Under the pieces are notes generated by a model that was given only the letters and a program-made list of their open reading frames with translations, had not been told where the DNA came from and did not search any database. Source: Candidatus Spyradenecus sp. (lineage in GTDB: Bacteria > Verrucomicrobiota > Kiritimatiellia > RFP12 > DVOR01). Taken from it: 64,000 bases of DNA. The translations under genes and the position numbers were made by a program. The stretch is from the NCBI GenBank assembly GCA_045613865.1, contig JAZLBT010000026.1:5001-69000 (forward strand), read 5' to 3'. Of this stretch, positions 39,354 through 48,761 are shown one piece after another; within the stretch, counting starts at the first letter, position 1; each line of letters begins with the position of its first letter.

Positions 39354-39458
39354 TAGGGGTTTATAAACAAGTTATAACACCCCACCCTACGAGCCACTCA
39401 TGCTACGCTATAAGCAGGGTAACGCGCTGAATGGCAGGTTATTTGTATTGTATATAAT

Positions 39459-39739
39459 TTCACTTCTTCGGCCCTTCGTACTATTTTCTAAAGTTTTCTA
39501 AACAGGTCTAAAAAGTCCCCGCCCAAAATTGTACTATTTAAGATTTCTTCCCGAGAGGAAATTTTCCCTTTAAATGATTGGCCTGTAAAGATTTTGCACT
39601 GTTTAAATTTTGCGTGAATAGTACAAATTGTACTGATTTTAAACCTAAAATTACCCGCCATAAAATATTCAAGATAAGTTATTGTAAATTAATAAGTTAT
39701 GACACGGCAAATATGGTACAAAGTATTGAAGAAATGAAA
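39459..39739 (-). repeat. left arm of ~281-bp imperfect inverted repeat
   Basis: Reverse complement aligns collinearly with 41577-41858. Confidence 0.92.
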
Positions 39740-39797
39740 CATTGGTTTTAACTTTTAAAACCATTGGTTTTGAGATTCAATTCCATTGGTTTTGAAA
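39740..39797. repeat. 22-bp period repeat x3 (cattggtttt)
   Basis: Cores at 39740, 39762, 39784. Confidence 0.85.
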
Positions 39798-40085
39798 AAT
39801 GATTTCGGCTGACTTGAAAAATGGAGTGAACTGAACGCTATTCTTGATACATCGTAAAGGAATTTTGATGTTAGAGAAGAGAGTGTCTAGCTGGGATCTT
39901 TGTGTATTAAAGAGGAATGTCTTGAGCGCATGAGGAGGGCGCTTTGTGGAGGAGATGTCTTGAGTGCGTGAGGTGGAGCAAGAGAAATCAAAGCAAGGGC
40001 TCTCTTGTTATTAGAACAGCGAATTTTTTAGGAAGGGGCAGGATATTGGAGTGGTGAATGTGCTTAGAGAGAAAGGGCTAGGGAA

Positions 40086-40118
40086 AAATAAAAGGCGCAT
40101 CGTTGCCGATACGCCTTC
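40086..40118 (-). terminator. terminator of the PEP-CTERM gene
   Basis: aaggcgcatcg..cgatacgcctt with an A-run on its left. Confidence 0.75.
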
Positions 40119-40141
40119 GAAGCAAATAGTTTGCTTAAACC

Positions 40142-40837
40142 TTACGCAACCTTGCGCTTGAGGGCCAAGCCAGCCACGCCGAGCGCCAAGAGCGCCAATG
40201 CGGTCGGCTCAGGAACGGTGGTGTAGGTTCCTTCAAGTTGGACATATGCAGAAAAGCCATTCTGCACAGCAAACGAACCTTCTCCATTGCCCATTACAGC
40301 AAGACGATTATTGGAACCTTCGCCCGTCGTAACACCCTCAATATTGGAAGGGGGCATAAAGGCCGTCCATGTGTTTGCTGCGAGGTCGTACTGATTGGAA
40401 AAGATGAGGGAATATGTGGAGCTTGCGTCAATAGCAACATCGTCAAAAGCATAAGTCCATAACCCTGCGCCACCAGTAGAACCATTAGTGTTTGTCTTCA
40501 CAGAAGCACTACCAGTTGAAAAATCTGAAGACGCTGCTACAATTTTTCCGTCTTTCACTAAAAGCAAATCGGCTAATTTCGTTTGACTCATACCGGTAGG
40601 GGAAATCATTGCGATGCTAACGGTTGTTAAAGCGACACTTGTTGCGTCAGAAGCAATCGCAGAGGTGTAAATTAATTGACTACTTGCGAGGCTCACGTTG
40701 GACACATTGCTATAAACACCCTTGTTCAAGGATGTAAAGCCAGAATAATTGAAGTTATTTGCGGTCCACGATAGGGTCACGGCCTGGGCGGCGGAGACGC
40801 AAAGGGCTGCGAGGGCGAAAAGAAATGCTTTCTTCAT
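40142..40837 (-). CDS. PEP-CTERM sorting-domain surface protein
   Basis: Signal peptide; C-terminal VPEPTALALLALGVAGLALKRK; promoter TTGCAC-17-TATTTT at about 40876-40904. Confidence 0.93.
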   Translation of the reverse strand: MKKAFLFALAALCVSAAQAVTLSWTANNFNYSGFTSLNKGVYSNVSNVSLASSQLIYTSAIASDATSVALTTVSIAMISPTGMSQTKLADLLLVKDGKIVAASSDFSTGSASVKTNTNGSTGGAGLWTYAFDDVAIDASSTYSLIFSNQYDLAANTWTAFMPPSNIEGVTTGEGSNNRLAVMGNGEGSFAVQNGFSAYVQLEGTYTTVPEPTALALLALGVAGLALKRKVA

Positions 40838-41520
40838 GTTTTGTTACCTTTTCCTAAAAGATGAAAATCACATATAAAATAACACAGCGAAGGGAGGGGT
40901 GCAAGCATTATTTGCATGATTCGTGAAATAAAAGGAGGTAACCCTCGCTTAAATGCTGTGATGACGCACTTTGGGCCTATTGGTAAAAAAGTGTATCATT
41001 TCATGTGTAATCCTATTTTCTTCTCCAAATTTGCATTTCTGCGTAGGTTGGGTCTGCCGACTTAAGGCCGGTTACGTGCGTAAATTCGATTTGTTCACCT
41101 ACCTATTTTATAAATAATGGCGCTGTGCACAAACAAAATCGCGCCACATCTTCTCGACCAAAGAAAAACGAAAACCGCAAACGAAAAACCGCAGCATAAC
41201 CGCCAGCCCCAAAGGTGCGACTGGCCGTTCTGTGTAGACGCACACTTGTGTTGGATAAATGCAGTCCAGCGATGTAGCCGCTTAGCCCCGACGGGGTGAC
41301 TGGCCGGCACTTGATGCCATTGGGCTTTATCATTTTTTCAGATGATTGTACTATTTTTGGGAAGCCGTTTTGCATTCATATGTAATTGATTTCCAATAAC
41401 TTATTTCGGGGCTAAAATGTATTCCAAAAAATTAGTATGGGGTTATGCATTTTGTACTATTGCATTTCTCCAAAATTAGTACAAAAGTGGGATAAATTCA
41501 TATGGGTTTATATCAAATCT

Positions 41521-41576
41521 CAATATGAATCAAACTTGAATTCAATATGAATCAAACTGAAGTTGAATATGATTCA
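41521..41576. repeat. 22-bp period repeat x3 (aatatgaatca)
   Basis: aatatga at 41522, 41544, 41566. Confidence 0.8.
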
Positions 41577-41858
41577 TTTCATTTCTTCAATACTTTATAC
41601 TCTATTTGCCGTGCCGTAACTTATTCATTTACAATAACTTATCTTGAATATTTTATGGCTGGCAATTTTAGGTTTAAAATCAGTACAATCTGTACTATTC
41701 ATGCAAAATTTAAACAGTACAAAATCTTTCCGTGCAAATTAATTTAAGGGGAAATTTCCGCTCGGGAAGAAATCTTAAATAGTACAATTTTTGGCCGGGG
41801 ACTTTTTAGACCTATCTAGAAAATTCTAGAAAATAGTACGAAGAGCTGAAGAAGTGAA
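41577..41858 (+). repeat. right arm of ~281-bp inverted repeat
   Basis: See 39459-39739. Confidence 0.92.
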
Positions 41859-41896
41859 TCAATAGGGTTTGGACTTCAAATCAATAGGGTTTGAAA
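41857..41896. repeat. 22-bp period repeat x2 (aatcaatagggtttg)
   Basis: caatagggttt at 41860 and 41882. Confidence 0.8.
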
Positions 41897-41972
41897 AAGG
41901 GGGTAAAAGGGATGTTTTTTACGGGTCGTATTTTTCGTAAAATCTTACTTTTTTATCTCAATTTCCTTCAAA

Positions 41973-42062
41973 TTCAAAAACACAAGCATTTGAGCTTCAA
42001 ATCACAAGCATTTGATGATTAAAACACAAGCATTTGAAGGTCAAATCACAAGCATTTGAAAA
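41973..42062. repeat. 22-bp period repeat x4 (cacaagcatttga)
   Basis: Cores at 41981, 42003, 42025, 42047. Confidence 0.9.
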
Positions 42063-42102
42063 CGCGTCCGCAACGTTCTCCCAAAACAAGACGACTACTC
42101 TC

Positions 42103-42180
42103 CTTTTTCGCCTTTGAAATGACTCTTTTTCGCCTTCGAAATGGGTCTTTTCACCTTTGAAATGAGTCTTTTTGAAATAG
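42103..42180. repeat. 21-22-bp period repeat x3 (ttttcgcctttgaaatgactc)
   Basis: gaaatg at 42116, 42138, 42159. Confidence 0.8.
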
Positions 42181-42518
42181 AAAGATGTTTTTTTCAAAAA
42201 TAGAGCAATTTTAATGCTATTACTCTCTCTTTATAGCGATTAAAACATATTTTGAACGGCTTCAAATTCAACTGCTTGCGATTTGAGATTCAAAGAGCAA
42301 ATATTTAACGACCAAAGTGCAATTTTTGCACTTTGAAGTTGCACTTTGAACCTCTGGTGTTGCTTCCCATTGGATATGGCAGGTGGGATTTATGCCTATG
42401 GTGTAGACATGTCCCGCTTTTCCGTTAGTTTATTTGGCGATGTGCGCACAGAAAGTTCGTGGTTTTTCAAGGTGATTTTGTCCTTGCATTTTCTCTTTTG
42501 ATGTGACATAATGAAGTC

Positions 42519-43649
42519 ATGATTGAGTCGTTCGTGATTGAGAATTTTCGCTCGATACCTCACGCAAGGTTGGACTTTATGTTTCCACGTCAACGTGCGC
42601 GACGTGGGGGATTTTGTGATGAGTATCATTCCTTTTTCAAGGTTAAAACGTCTCAGGGCACGTCGAAGGTTGTGCCGCTTCTTGGGGTGTGGGGACCAAA
42701 TGGCGCGGGAAAGAGTAATCTCTTTCGCGCGTTGAAAACGTTGTATGCATTGATGCAATCTTCTCATGTATCATTAGCGGCCTATTATGAGCCTCATCGT
42801 TTCGCATCGACTTTAGCGCCAACGCGTTTTACGCTTTCATTAATTGTGCCTCATCAACGTCGTTTTTGTCGCCTTGTCTATACGTTATCTTATGATGCTA
42901 GTTGCATTTATGAGGAGTCTCTCACGTGTGATGGCAAGGTGGTTTTTGATCGTCAGGAGATTGCGTTATCACCACAGCAGCTTGCTTTGTCGCAGTCGTC
43001 ATCACCATGGGGGCAACGGTTGCGTGAGACGGTTCATTTTATCGATGTGTGGGCGTGTCATGATTCGGCATATGGCAAGCATATCCTCATGCTTGCTCAA
43101 CAGTTTGTGGATGGGCCTCAGGTGTTTATTGATCGTCTTTCTGAGATTGCTAAACGTTTGGATGTTGGCATTCAGGCGCTTTCATTTGAGGCAACACCAG
43201 ATTCGCCACCCCTACTCATTTCGCATCATCGTGACGCGAAGAATCAGGCGGTTTTATTTGATTTTAATGAGGAGTCTGATGGCACGCAACGTCTTCTTTT
43301 TCTCGTTGCGGAGCTTATTGCTCATATGACATTGGGGCAAACGATTGTTGCAGATGAGATGGATCGTTCGATTCATCCGGTCCTCTTCCGAGCGCTTCTT
43401 CGCATGTGTCGCTCAAAGGTGTATAATCCGCATTATGGGCAGCTCTGTTTTTCGACGCATGATGTTTCGCTTCTTGACGCATCGGTGATTTTGCCGGAGG
43501 AGGTTGTGCTTGTTGGAAAGGTTGGAAATGAAACGCGTCTCGAGACGACAAGTACGCTCCATGCTCAGCAGACCCCTCTCTCGTTAAAACGTTTTCGTGA
43601 ACGTTATATTGAAGGTTGGTATCAAAATATCCCTTATCCAAGTTTATAG
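42519..43649 (+). CDS. AAA_21 ATPase, RloA/AbiLi-like
   Basis: VIENFRS, GPNGAGKSN, ESDGT, DEMDRSIHP, FSTHD. Confidence 0.88.
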   Translation: MIESFVIENFRSIPHARLDFMFPRQRARRGGFCDEYHSFFKVKTSQGTSKVVPLLGVWGPNGAGKSNLFRALKTLYALMQSSHVSLAAYYEPHRFASTLAPTRFTLSLIVPHQRRFCRLVYTLSYDASCIYEESLTCDGKVVFDRQEIALSPQQLALSQSSSPWGQRLRETVHFIDVWACHDSAYGKHILMLAQQFVDGPQVFIDRLSEIAKRLDVGIQALSFEATPDSPPLLISHHRDAKNQAVLFDFNEESDGTQRLLFLVAELIAHMTLGQTIVADEMDRSIHPVLFRALLRMCRSKVYNPHYGQLCFSTHDVSLLDASVILPEEVVLVGKVGNETRLETTSTLHAQQTPLSLKRFRERYIEGWYQNIPYPSL

Positions 43650-43655
43650 GTTGTT

Positions 43656-44282
43656 ATGCCAGCGCCACTCTGCATTTTCTGCGAAGGACCCTCTGAAGCG
43701 CGTTATCTCAACGCGTGGAATGTTCGTTTGCGTGATGCCAATATTCCACTCATTTTCGTTGCAAAACCGATGAATGGAGGAATTTTGAGCCATGTTAAGC
43801 AGGTAACGGCACAGTTTCAACGCGCAAATCGCCGTTCAAAAGCGATTGTTTGGGCAGATAGCGACCTCTATCATCGCAATGATAATGGATGTACGGATGA
43901 GTTAAAACGAATTTGGCCTCAACTCCCACCCTTTGAATTCTCTGTTCACAATTTTGAGGATTTTGTTGCCGCACATTTACCGGATGAGGCGTTTGAGCGT
44001 TGGCAGGAGGAGTTTAAGGATCACCTCGCAAATCCACTTCATTCAAGACAGTATAACCCACGTTTTCAAAAGGTGCTTCGAGGATATTCTAAGGGGATTC
44101 TTCCTGCGCCAGAGAAGGTGATTACCTTTGATGCATTGCGGCGCCTCAAACGACGGCTACCCTACTTACAACCGCCAAATTTACCTGCGCATGTTGCAGG
44201 TTATCCACTTTTTGCATCTTGCTTAATTCGTGAAATTGAGACCGCTGCGTCTCTATTGATAGATGATATTCAGGCGTATTAA
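43656..44282 (+). CDS. RloB-like TOPRIM-fold partner protein
   Basis: IFCEGPSEARY, WADSD, NFEDFVAAH; directly follows the ATPase. Confidence 0.7.
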   Translation: MPAPLCIFCEGPSEARYLNAWNVRLRDANIPLIFVAKPMNGGILSHVKQVTAQFQRANRRSKAIVWADSDLYHRNDNGCTDELKRIWPQLPPFEFSVHNFEDFVAAHLPDEAFERWQEEFKDHLANPLHSRQYNPRFQKVLRGYSKGILPAPEKVITFDALRRLKRRLPYLQPPNLPAHVAGYPLFASCLIREIETAASLLIDDIQAY

Positions 44283-44291
44283 GGCTCGAGA

Positions 44292-44726
44292 TTAATTTTC
44301 AGAGCCAGTGATTGCAGAGACACGTCCTTTTTTGAATTCAACACGTAGGGATTCTTTCCAAACATATTGAGGGGTATCATCGATATAGTAGGAGGTTTGG
44401 ATGCGACCATTGATGTCGCGATAAATGGGGCGTACCGCGGGGTAGAGTTCGTCCGATGAGGCGAGGTATTTATAGACCCAGATATCTGTTCGTCCAGCAT
44501 CGGTGATAGAATATTTTCGTTCTGAAGGTTCACCAAAAGCGATCCACACCGCATTCATATCATCACCAATGTGAATTTGACGTCGTTGTAAACGTGCTTG
44601 AACGTCCGCAGGATAGGCATCAAAGATTTCCTGACGCGCTTGAATACGCGATTCAACCGTTGATGAGCATCCTGCGATAAGCATTGCTACAAGGGTGAAG
44701 AGAATGGGTGTAAATACGTTTTTCAT
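44292..44726 (-). CDS. lipoprotein
   Basis: Lipobox LIAGC after MKNVF start. Confidence 0.8.
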   Translation of the reverse strand: MKNVFTPILFTLVAMLIAGCSSTVESRIQARQEIFDAYPADVQARLQRRQIHIGDDMNAVWIAFGEPSERKYSITDAGRTDIWVYKYLASSDELYPAVRPIYRDINGRIQTSYYIDDTPQYVWKESLRVEFKKGRVSAITGSEN

Positions 44727-44734
44727 AATGTTTT

Positions 44735-45910
44735 TTATTCTGCACGATAGGCCCAATCAAGGAGCGCCTTGCAGAATTCATCACGATTCTTGGATTTATC
44801 AAAACCTGTAACGCAACCAATCAAACGGCGGCCATTACGAATGCAGGTAAATGTCACGCAGTAGCCAGCTTCATCTGTAAAGCCAGTTTTCATACCATCG
44901 ACACCAGGGATGCGATTGAAGACAAGATTGTTGCTATTGCGCAATTCTGTCTTGCCATTACGGAAGGTATCAAGACGCGTGGAGACGAGTTTCATAACTT
45001 CGGGATAGTTCAAGAGTTTCTCTGCCAAGAGAATCATATCATAGGCACTCGAAGTATTATGTTTCTTCGCCTTCTTATCCCCTAACCCATGGGCATCAAA
45101 GAAGTGGGTATTTGCCATGCCAAGTTCTTTCGCACGTCCATTCATTAAACGGATGAAGGAGGTGATGTCACCACTCGAAAGGTATTCACCCACGAGGAAA
45201 GCGGCATCATTTGCCGATCGAATAGCGATGGCTTTCATTAATTCTCGCAAGGGGAAGGATTCGCGCGGATCAAGCCACACTTGCGTGCCACCAATACGAT
45301 AGGCTTTTTCAGTCACGGGAATAACGGTATCACGTTTAATCGATCCATTGGTGATGGCTTCTTCAATGAGGAGCAAGGTCATCATCTTGGTCATTGAAGC
45401 AATCGGGACAACCTTTTCCGCATTCTTTGCCCACAACACTTTGTGTGTCACAGGATCGACAATAATCCCCGACTTGCAGAGATTTTCTTTCGGGAGATTA
45501 AGATTAGAGCGTGCACCCGAGAAGTCATAGATTGATGAGATTCCAGGAAGTTGCGCCACTGCATTAACAGGTGTTGTCGGCGCAGGTGCTGGTGCGTTGG
45601 TCGACTCAACAGGTTGAGGCGCTGCTGGCATCGACGGCTGAAGCGGTTGCTCAGGTTGCGGCGCAACAGGGGTCTCGGGAGCCTTCGGAGATTCTTGAGA
45701 AACGGGTTCTGTTGCCGTTTCTGTGGGTGCGGGAGCAACTTGTGATGTTGCTTCGGGTTTCTTTTCCGAGGGTTCTTCTTCACCAGAATAAAGCCACCAA
45801 GCAATAATCAAGCCCAACCAACAAATAACAGGTAAACCCCATATCAAAAAGGTTTGAACAAAGGAGCCTTTGCTATTCGATGTTTTCGGTAAATCATAAC
45901 GTATGGACAT
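44735..45910 (-). CDS. D-Ala-D-Ala carboxypeptidase (S11)
   Basis: SMTK, SAN, KTG; TM plus Pro-rich linker. Confidence 0.93.
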   Translation of the reverse strand: MSIRYDLPKTSNSKGSFVQTFLIWGLPVICWLGLIIAWWLYSGEEEPSEKKPEATSQVAPAPTETATEPVSQESPKAPETPVAPQPEQPLQPSMPAAPQPVESTNAPAPAPTTPVNAVAQLPGISSIYDFSGARSNLNLPKENLCKSGIIVDPVTHKVLWAKNAEKVVPIASMTKMMTLLLIEEAITNGSIKRDTVIPVTEKAYRIGGTQVWLDPRESFPLRELMKAIAIRSANDAAFLVGEYLSSGDITSFIRLMNGRAKELGMANTHFFDAHGLGDKKAKKHNTSSAYDMILLAEKLLNYPEVMKLVSTRLDTFRNGKTELRNSNNLVFNRIPGVDGMKTGFTDEAGYCVTFTCIRNGRRLIGCVTGFDKSKNRDEFCKALLDWAYRAE

Positions 45911-45921
45911 AAATCTATCCC

Positions 45922-47025
45922 TTAAACATTAAACAAGAAGTGAACGACATCGCCTTCACGCATGACATATTCTTTACCTTCTACACGAAGAAGGCCTTTT
46001 TCACGCGCATGCGATTCGCCACCGAGAGCAATAAAATCATCATAAGAAACGACTTCCGCACGAATGAAGCCACGTTCAAAATCGGTATGGATAACACCCG
46101 CTGCCGTTGGTGCGGTCCACCCCTGACGAATGGTCCAAGCACGTGCTTCCATTGGACCTGCCGTGAAGAAGCTCTGCAAACCAAGGGTGTGATAGGCTTT
46201 TTTAACGGTGACATCAAGTCCCGATTCTTCAAGGCCGTAAGAGGAGAGGAAGTCTTGCTGTTCTGCTTCCGAGAGGCCAATCAAGTCGGCTTCCATTGCA
46301 GCACAAATGGTGACGGTGTCACACTGATTTGCCGCAGCGTGTGCCTTCAACGCCTGTACGTGAACATTATCCGGTTGTCCCAAATCACCTTCGCCAACAT
46401 TGGCAACATAAATTACAGGCTTATCGGTAAGGAAGTGCAATTCCTTGCGGCAGGGTGCAATTGCATCAGCATCGTCATAAACGAAGGTACGTACAGGGCA
46501 ACCTGCATCGAGGTGTTGTTGCAATGCTTTCATTGCTTCAACTTCCTTCGCCAAACTCTTATCTGCGCGGGCTTGACGGCTAATGCGATCAAGACGTTTT
46601 TCAAGACTTTGCATATCTGCGAGAACGAGTTCAGTCTCAATGATACCAATGTCACGAATGGGGTCAACCGAACCCTCAACGTGCACCACATCATCATTAT
46701 CAAAGCAACGAACAACTTCGAGAATTGCGTCACACTCACGGATATTACCAAGAAATTGGTTGCCCAAACCTTCGCCTTTAGAGGCACCACGAACGAGACC
46801 CGCAATATCGGTGAAGTCTACTGTCGCATGGATAATACGGCCGCTCTTGCAAAGTTCGGCAAGACGTTCAACGCGTTCATCGGCAACGGGCACCGTTGCT
46901 TTGTTCGGTTCGATTGTACAAAAAGGATAATTTGCCGCTTCTGCATTTTGTGCACGGGTCAACGCATTAAAAAGGGTGGACTTGCCAACATTCGGCAAAC
47001 CAACAATACCAACAGCAAGACTCAT
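45922..47025 (-). CDS. ychF: ribosome-binding ATPase YchF
   Basis: GLPNVGKST, NYPFCTIEPN, DIAGLV, IHTDF. Confidence 0.98.
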   Translation of the reverse strand: MSLAVGIVGLPNVGKSTLFNALTRAQNAEAANYPFCTIEPNKATVPVADERVERLAELCKSGRIIHATVDFTDIAGLVRGASKGEGLGNQFLGNIRECDAILEVVRCFDNDDVVHVEGSVDPIRDIGIIETELVLADMQSLEKRLDRISRQARADKSLAKEVEAMKALQQHLDAGCPVRTFVYDDADAIAPCRKELHFLTDKPVIYVANVGEGDLGQPDNVHVQALKAHAAANQCDTVTICAAMEADLIGLSEAEQQDFLSSYGLEESGLDVTVKKAYHTLGLQSFFTAGPMEARAWTIRQGWTAPTAAGVIHTDFERGFIRAEVVSYDDFIALGGESHAREKGLLRVEGKEYVMREGDVVHFLFNV

Positions 47026-47831
47026 ATTCTGTCTCCATGTTCATAGGCTTCCATATAGCGCACATAGGCTAACTCGCGCAATCCTGAAACCCAAACCATA
47101 TAAGCGATCAATGGCAAAAGCCAACCGCGAACATTAAAAAAGATCTCTAAAATCGATCGTAACCAAACCGAAGAGACTTGGTTAAAGTCGAAACTTACCG
47201 CAAAGAAAAGATCCAACACCCACAACACAATCCAAATTGCCGCAATCGTACAACCCAAATAAACCGAAATCGCCGTCGCCTTTACGAGAGGGATTCTAAA
47301 ACAACGCAAAAGACTGCAGAAAACACGTCCTCCATCCAATGGATAAGCGGGCACACAGTTAAAAATTGCCAAAATAATATTCACCCACGACGAAATCAAA
47401 AAGACGGTTGTTAGATAAGCCGCACCTTCCCGTGCCACTGGCGATAAGAGAATCATTGACAAATTTGCAAGAAAGGCAAAAAGAAACGATAACCCAAAGG
47501 ATGAAAGAGGCCCCACAATCGCAATCAAAAATGACTGCCATGCTTTCTTTGGCATATGTTCGAGCATTGCCATACCGCCAAAAACGTGGAGGGTAATACT
47601 TCGTATGCGACTGCCAAAACAACGTGCCGTCAAACTATGTGCTAGTTCATGGATAAGAATCGACAAGAGAAACAAGAGCACAACGCCCACAACCGACAAC
47701 ATCCCATAGACAGCATTTCCACGCATCATCCCGCCCGAAAAGACGAAGAAGAGGTAAGCCACCAAAATGGCTGACGAAACATCAACCATGATTGGAATAC
47801 CAAAAAGTGAAAAGAGCTGTATTTTTTTCAT
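47022..47831 (-). CDS. site-2 protease (M50)
   Basis: HELAH, FNCVPAYPLDGG. Confidence 0.9.
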   Translation of the reverse strand: MKKIQLFSLFGIPIMVDVSSAILVAYLFFVFSGGMMRGNAVYGMLSVVGVVLLFLLSILIHELAHSLTARCFGSRIRSITLHVFGGMAMLEHMPKKAWQSFLIAIVGPLSSFGLSFLFAFLANLSMILLSPVAREGAAYLTTVFLISSWVNIILAIFNCVPAYPLDGGRVFCSLLRCFRIPLVKATAISVYLGCTIAAIWIVLWVLDLFFAVSFDFNQVSSVWLRSILEIFFNVRGWLLPLIAYMVWVSGLRELAYVRYMEAYEHGDRI

Positions 47832-48050
47832 ATCCCTTTATTATAGCATAATTTCAAGCGATACAATACCTTTAAGACAAAAAAATCATCCCCAAATTAC
47901 TAAATGCACACCTCAAAAGATAAAAATAGCATTTTTTAGGACCTTTTACGGAGGCTTGCAAAGGGTTTCATCAAACAAAACAAAAATTCCCTTCATATGT
48001 AAATACACGAAGGGAACGTTAATAAATGAATAATCGAAAATGTAAATGGG

Positions 48051-48758
48051 TTAATGCTTTTCGTTTTGTTCGTTATCTTCTGGCACAAGAAGACCTTCGT
48101 GTAAGGTCAATACCCGTTGGCAACGATGCGCCGTATCGAGATTGTGCGTCACCATAACAAGCGCGGCTTGACGTTCATTCACGAGTTCAAAGAGCAAATC
48201 TAAAACACCCTGCCCTGTTGTTGGGTCGAGATTACCCGTCGGTTCATCCGCCAAAATCAATTGCGGATCATTGATGAGCGCACGTGCGATGGCTGCTCGT
48301 TGTTGTTCTCCGCCAGAGAGTTCTTGGGGACGATGTTTAAGACGATCTGCAAGGCCAACCTTTGTCAATAGTGCAATTGCCTTTTCACGCATCGCTTTGC
48401 GAGAAAGCTTGCCCGATGCCATCGCAGGAAGCATCACATTCTCAACAATATCCATTTCAGGCAAAAGATGATAAGCTTGGAAAACAAATCCCAAAGATTC
48501 CGCACGCAAACGATTTTTTGTTCGTGCAGAGGAACGATAAAGATTAATCCCTTTTAGGGTAATCGTTCCTTCTTTTGGTCGATCCAAACCACCAAGCACG
48601 TGTAAGAGCGTTGATTTTCCCGCTCCACTACGACCAACAATCGCCACGGTTTCACCCGGTTGAACAACAAGGTCTGCACCTTTTAAGATTTCAAGCTTCG
48701 ACCCTTGCAAGACATATGCCTTGTGAAGATTTACGGCGTTCAATAAGCTCGTATCCAT
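48051..48758 (-). CDS. lolD: lipoprotein-releasing ABC ATPase
   Basis: [26 protein letters not shown]; adjacent to the permease. Confidence 0.85.
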   Translation of the reverse strand: MDTSLLNAVNLHKAYVLQGSKLEILKGADLVVQPGETVAIVGRSGAGKSTLLHVLGGLDRPKEGTITLKGINLYRSSARTKNRLRAESLGFVFQAYHLLPEMDIVENVMLPAMASGKLSRKAMREKAIALLTKVGLADRLKHRPQELSGGEQQRAAIARALINDPQLILADEPTGNLDPTTGQGVLDLLFELVNERQAALVMVTHNLDTAHRCQRVLTLHEGLLVPEDNEQNEKH

Positions 48759-48761
48759 CTC

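Noticed and set aside
39917-39976. Two 22-nt direct repeats atgtcttgagYgcRtgaggWgg
   Set aside because: Only two copies 38 bp apart, without the shared linker; no function can be supported
41973-42062. CRISPR array
   Set aside because: Period is only 22 bp, no unique spacers, no cas genes
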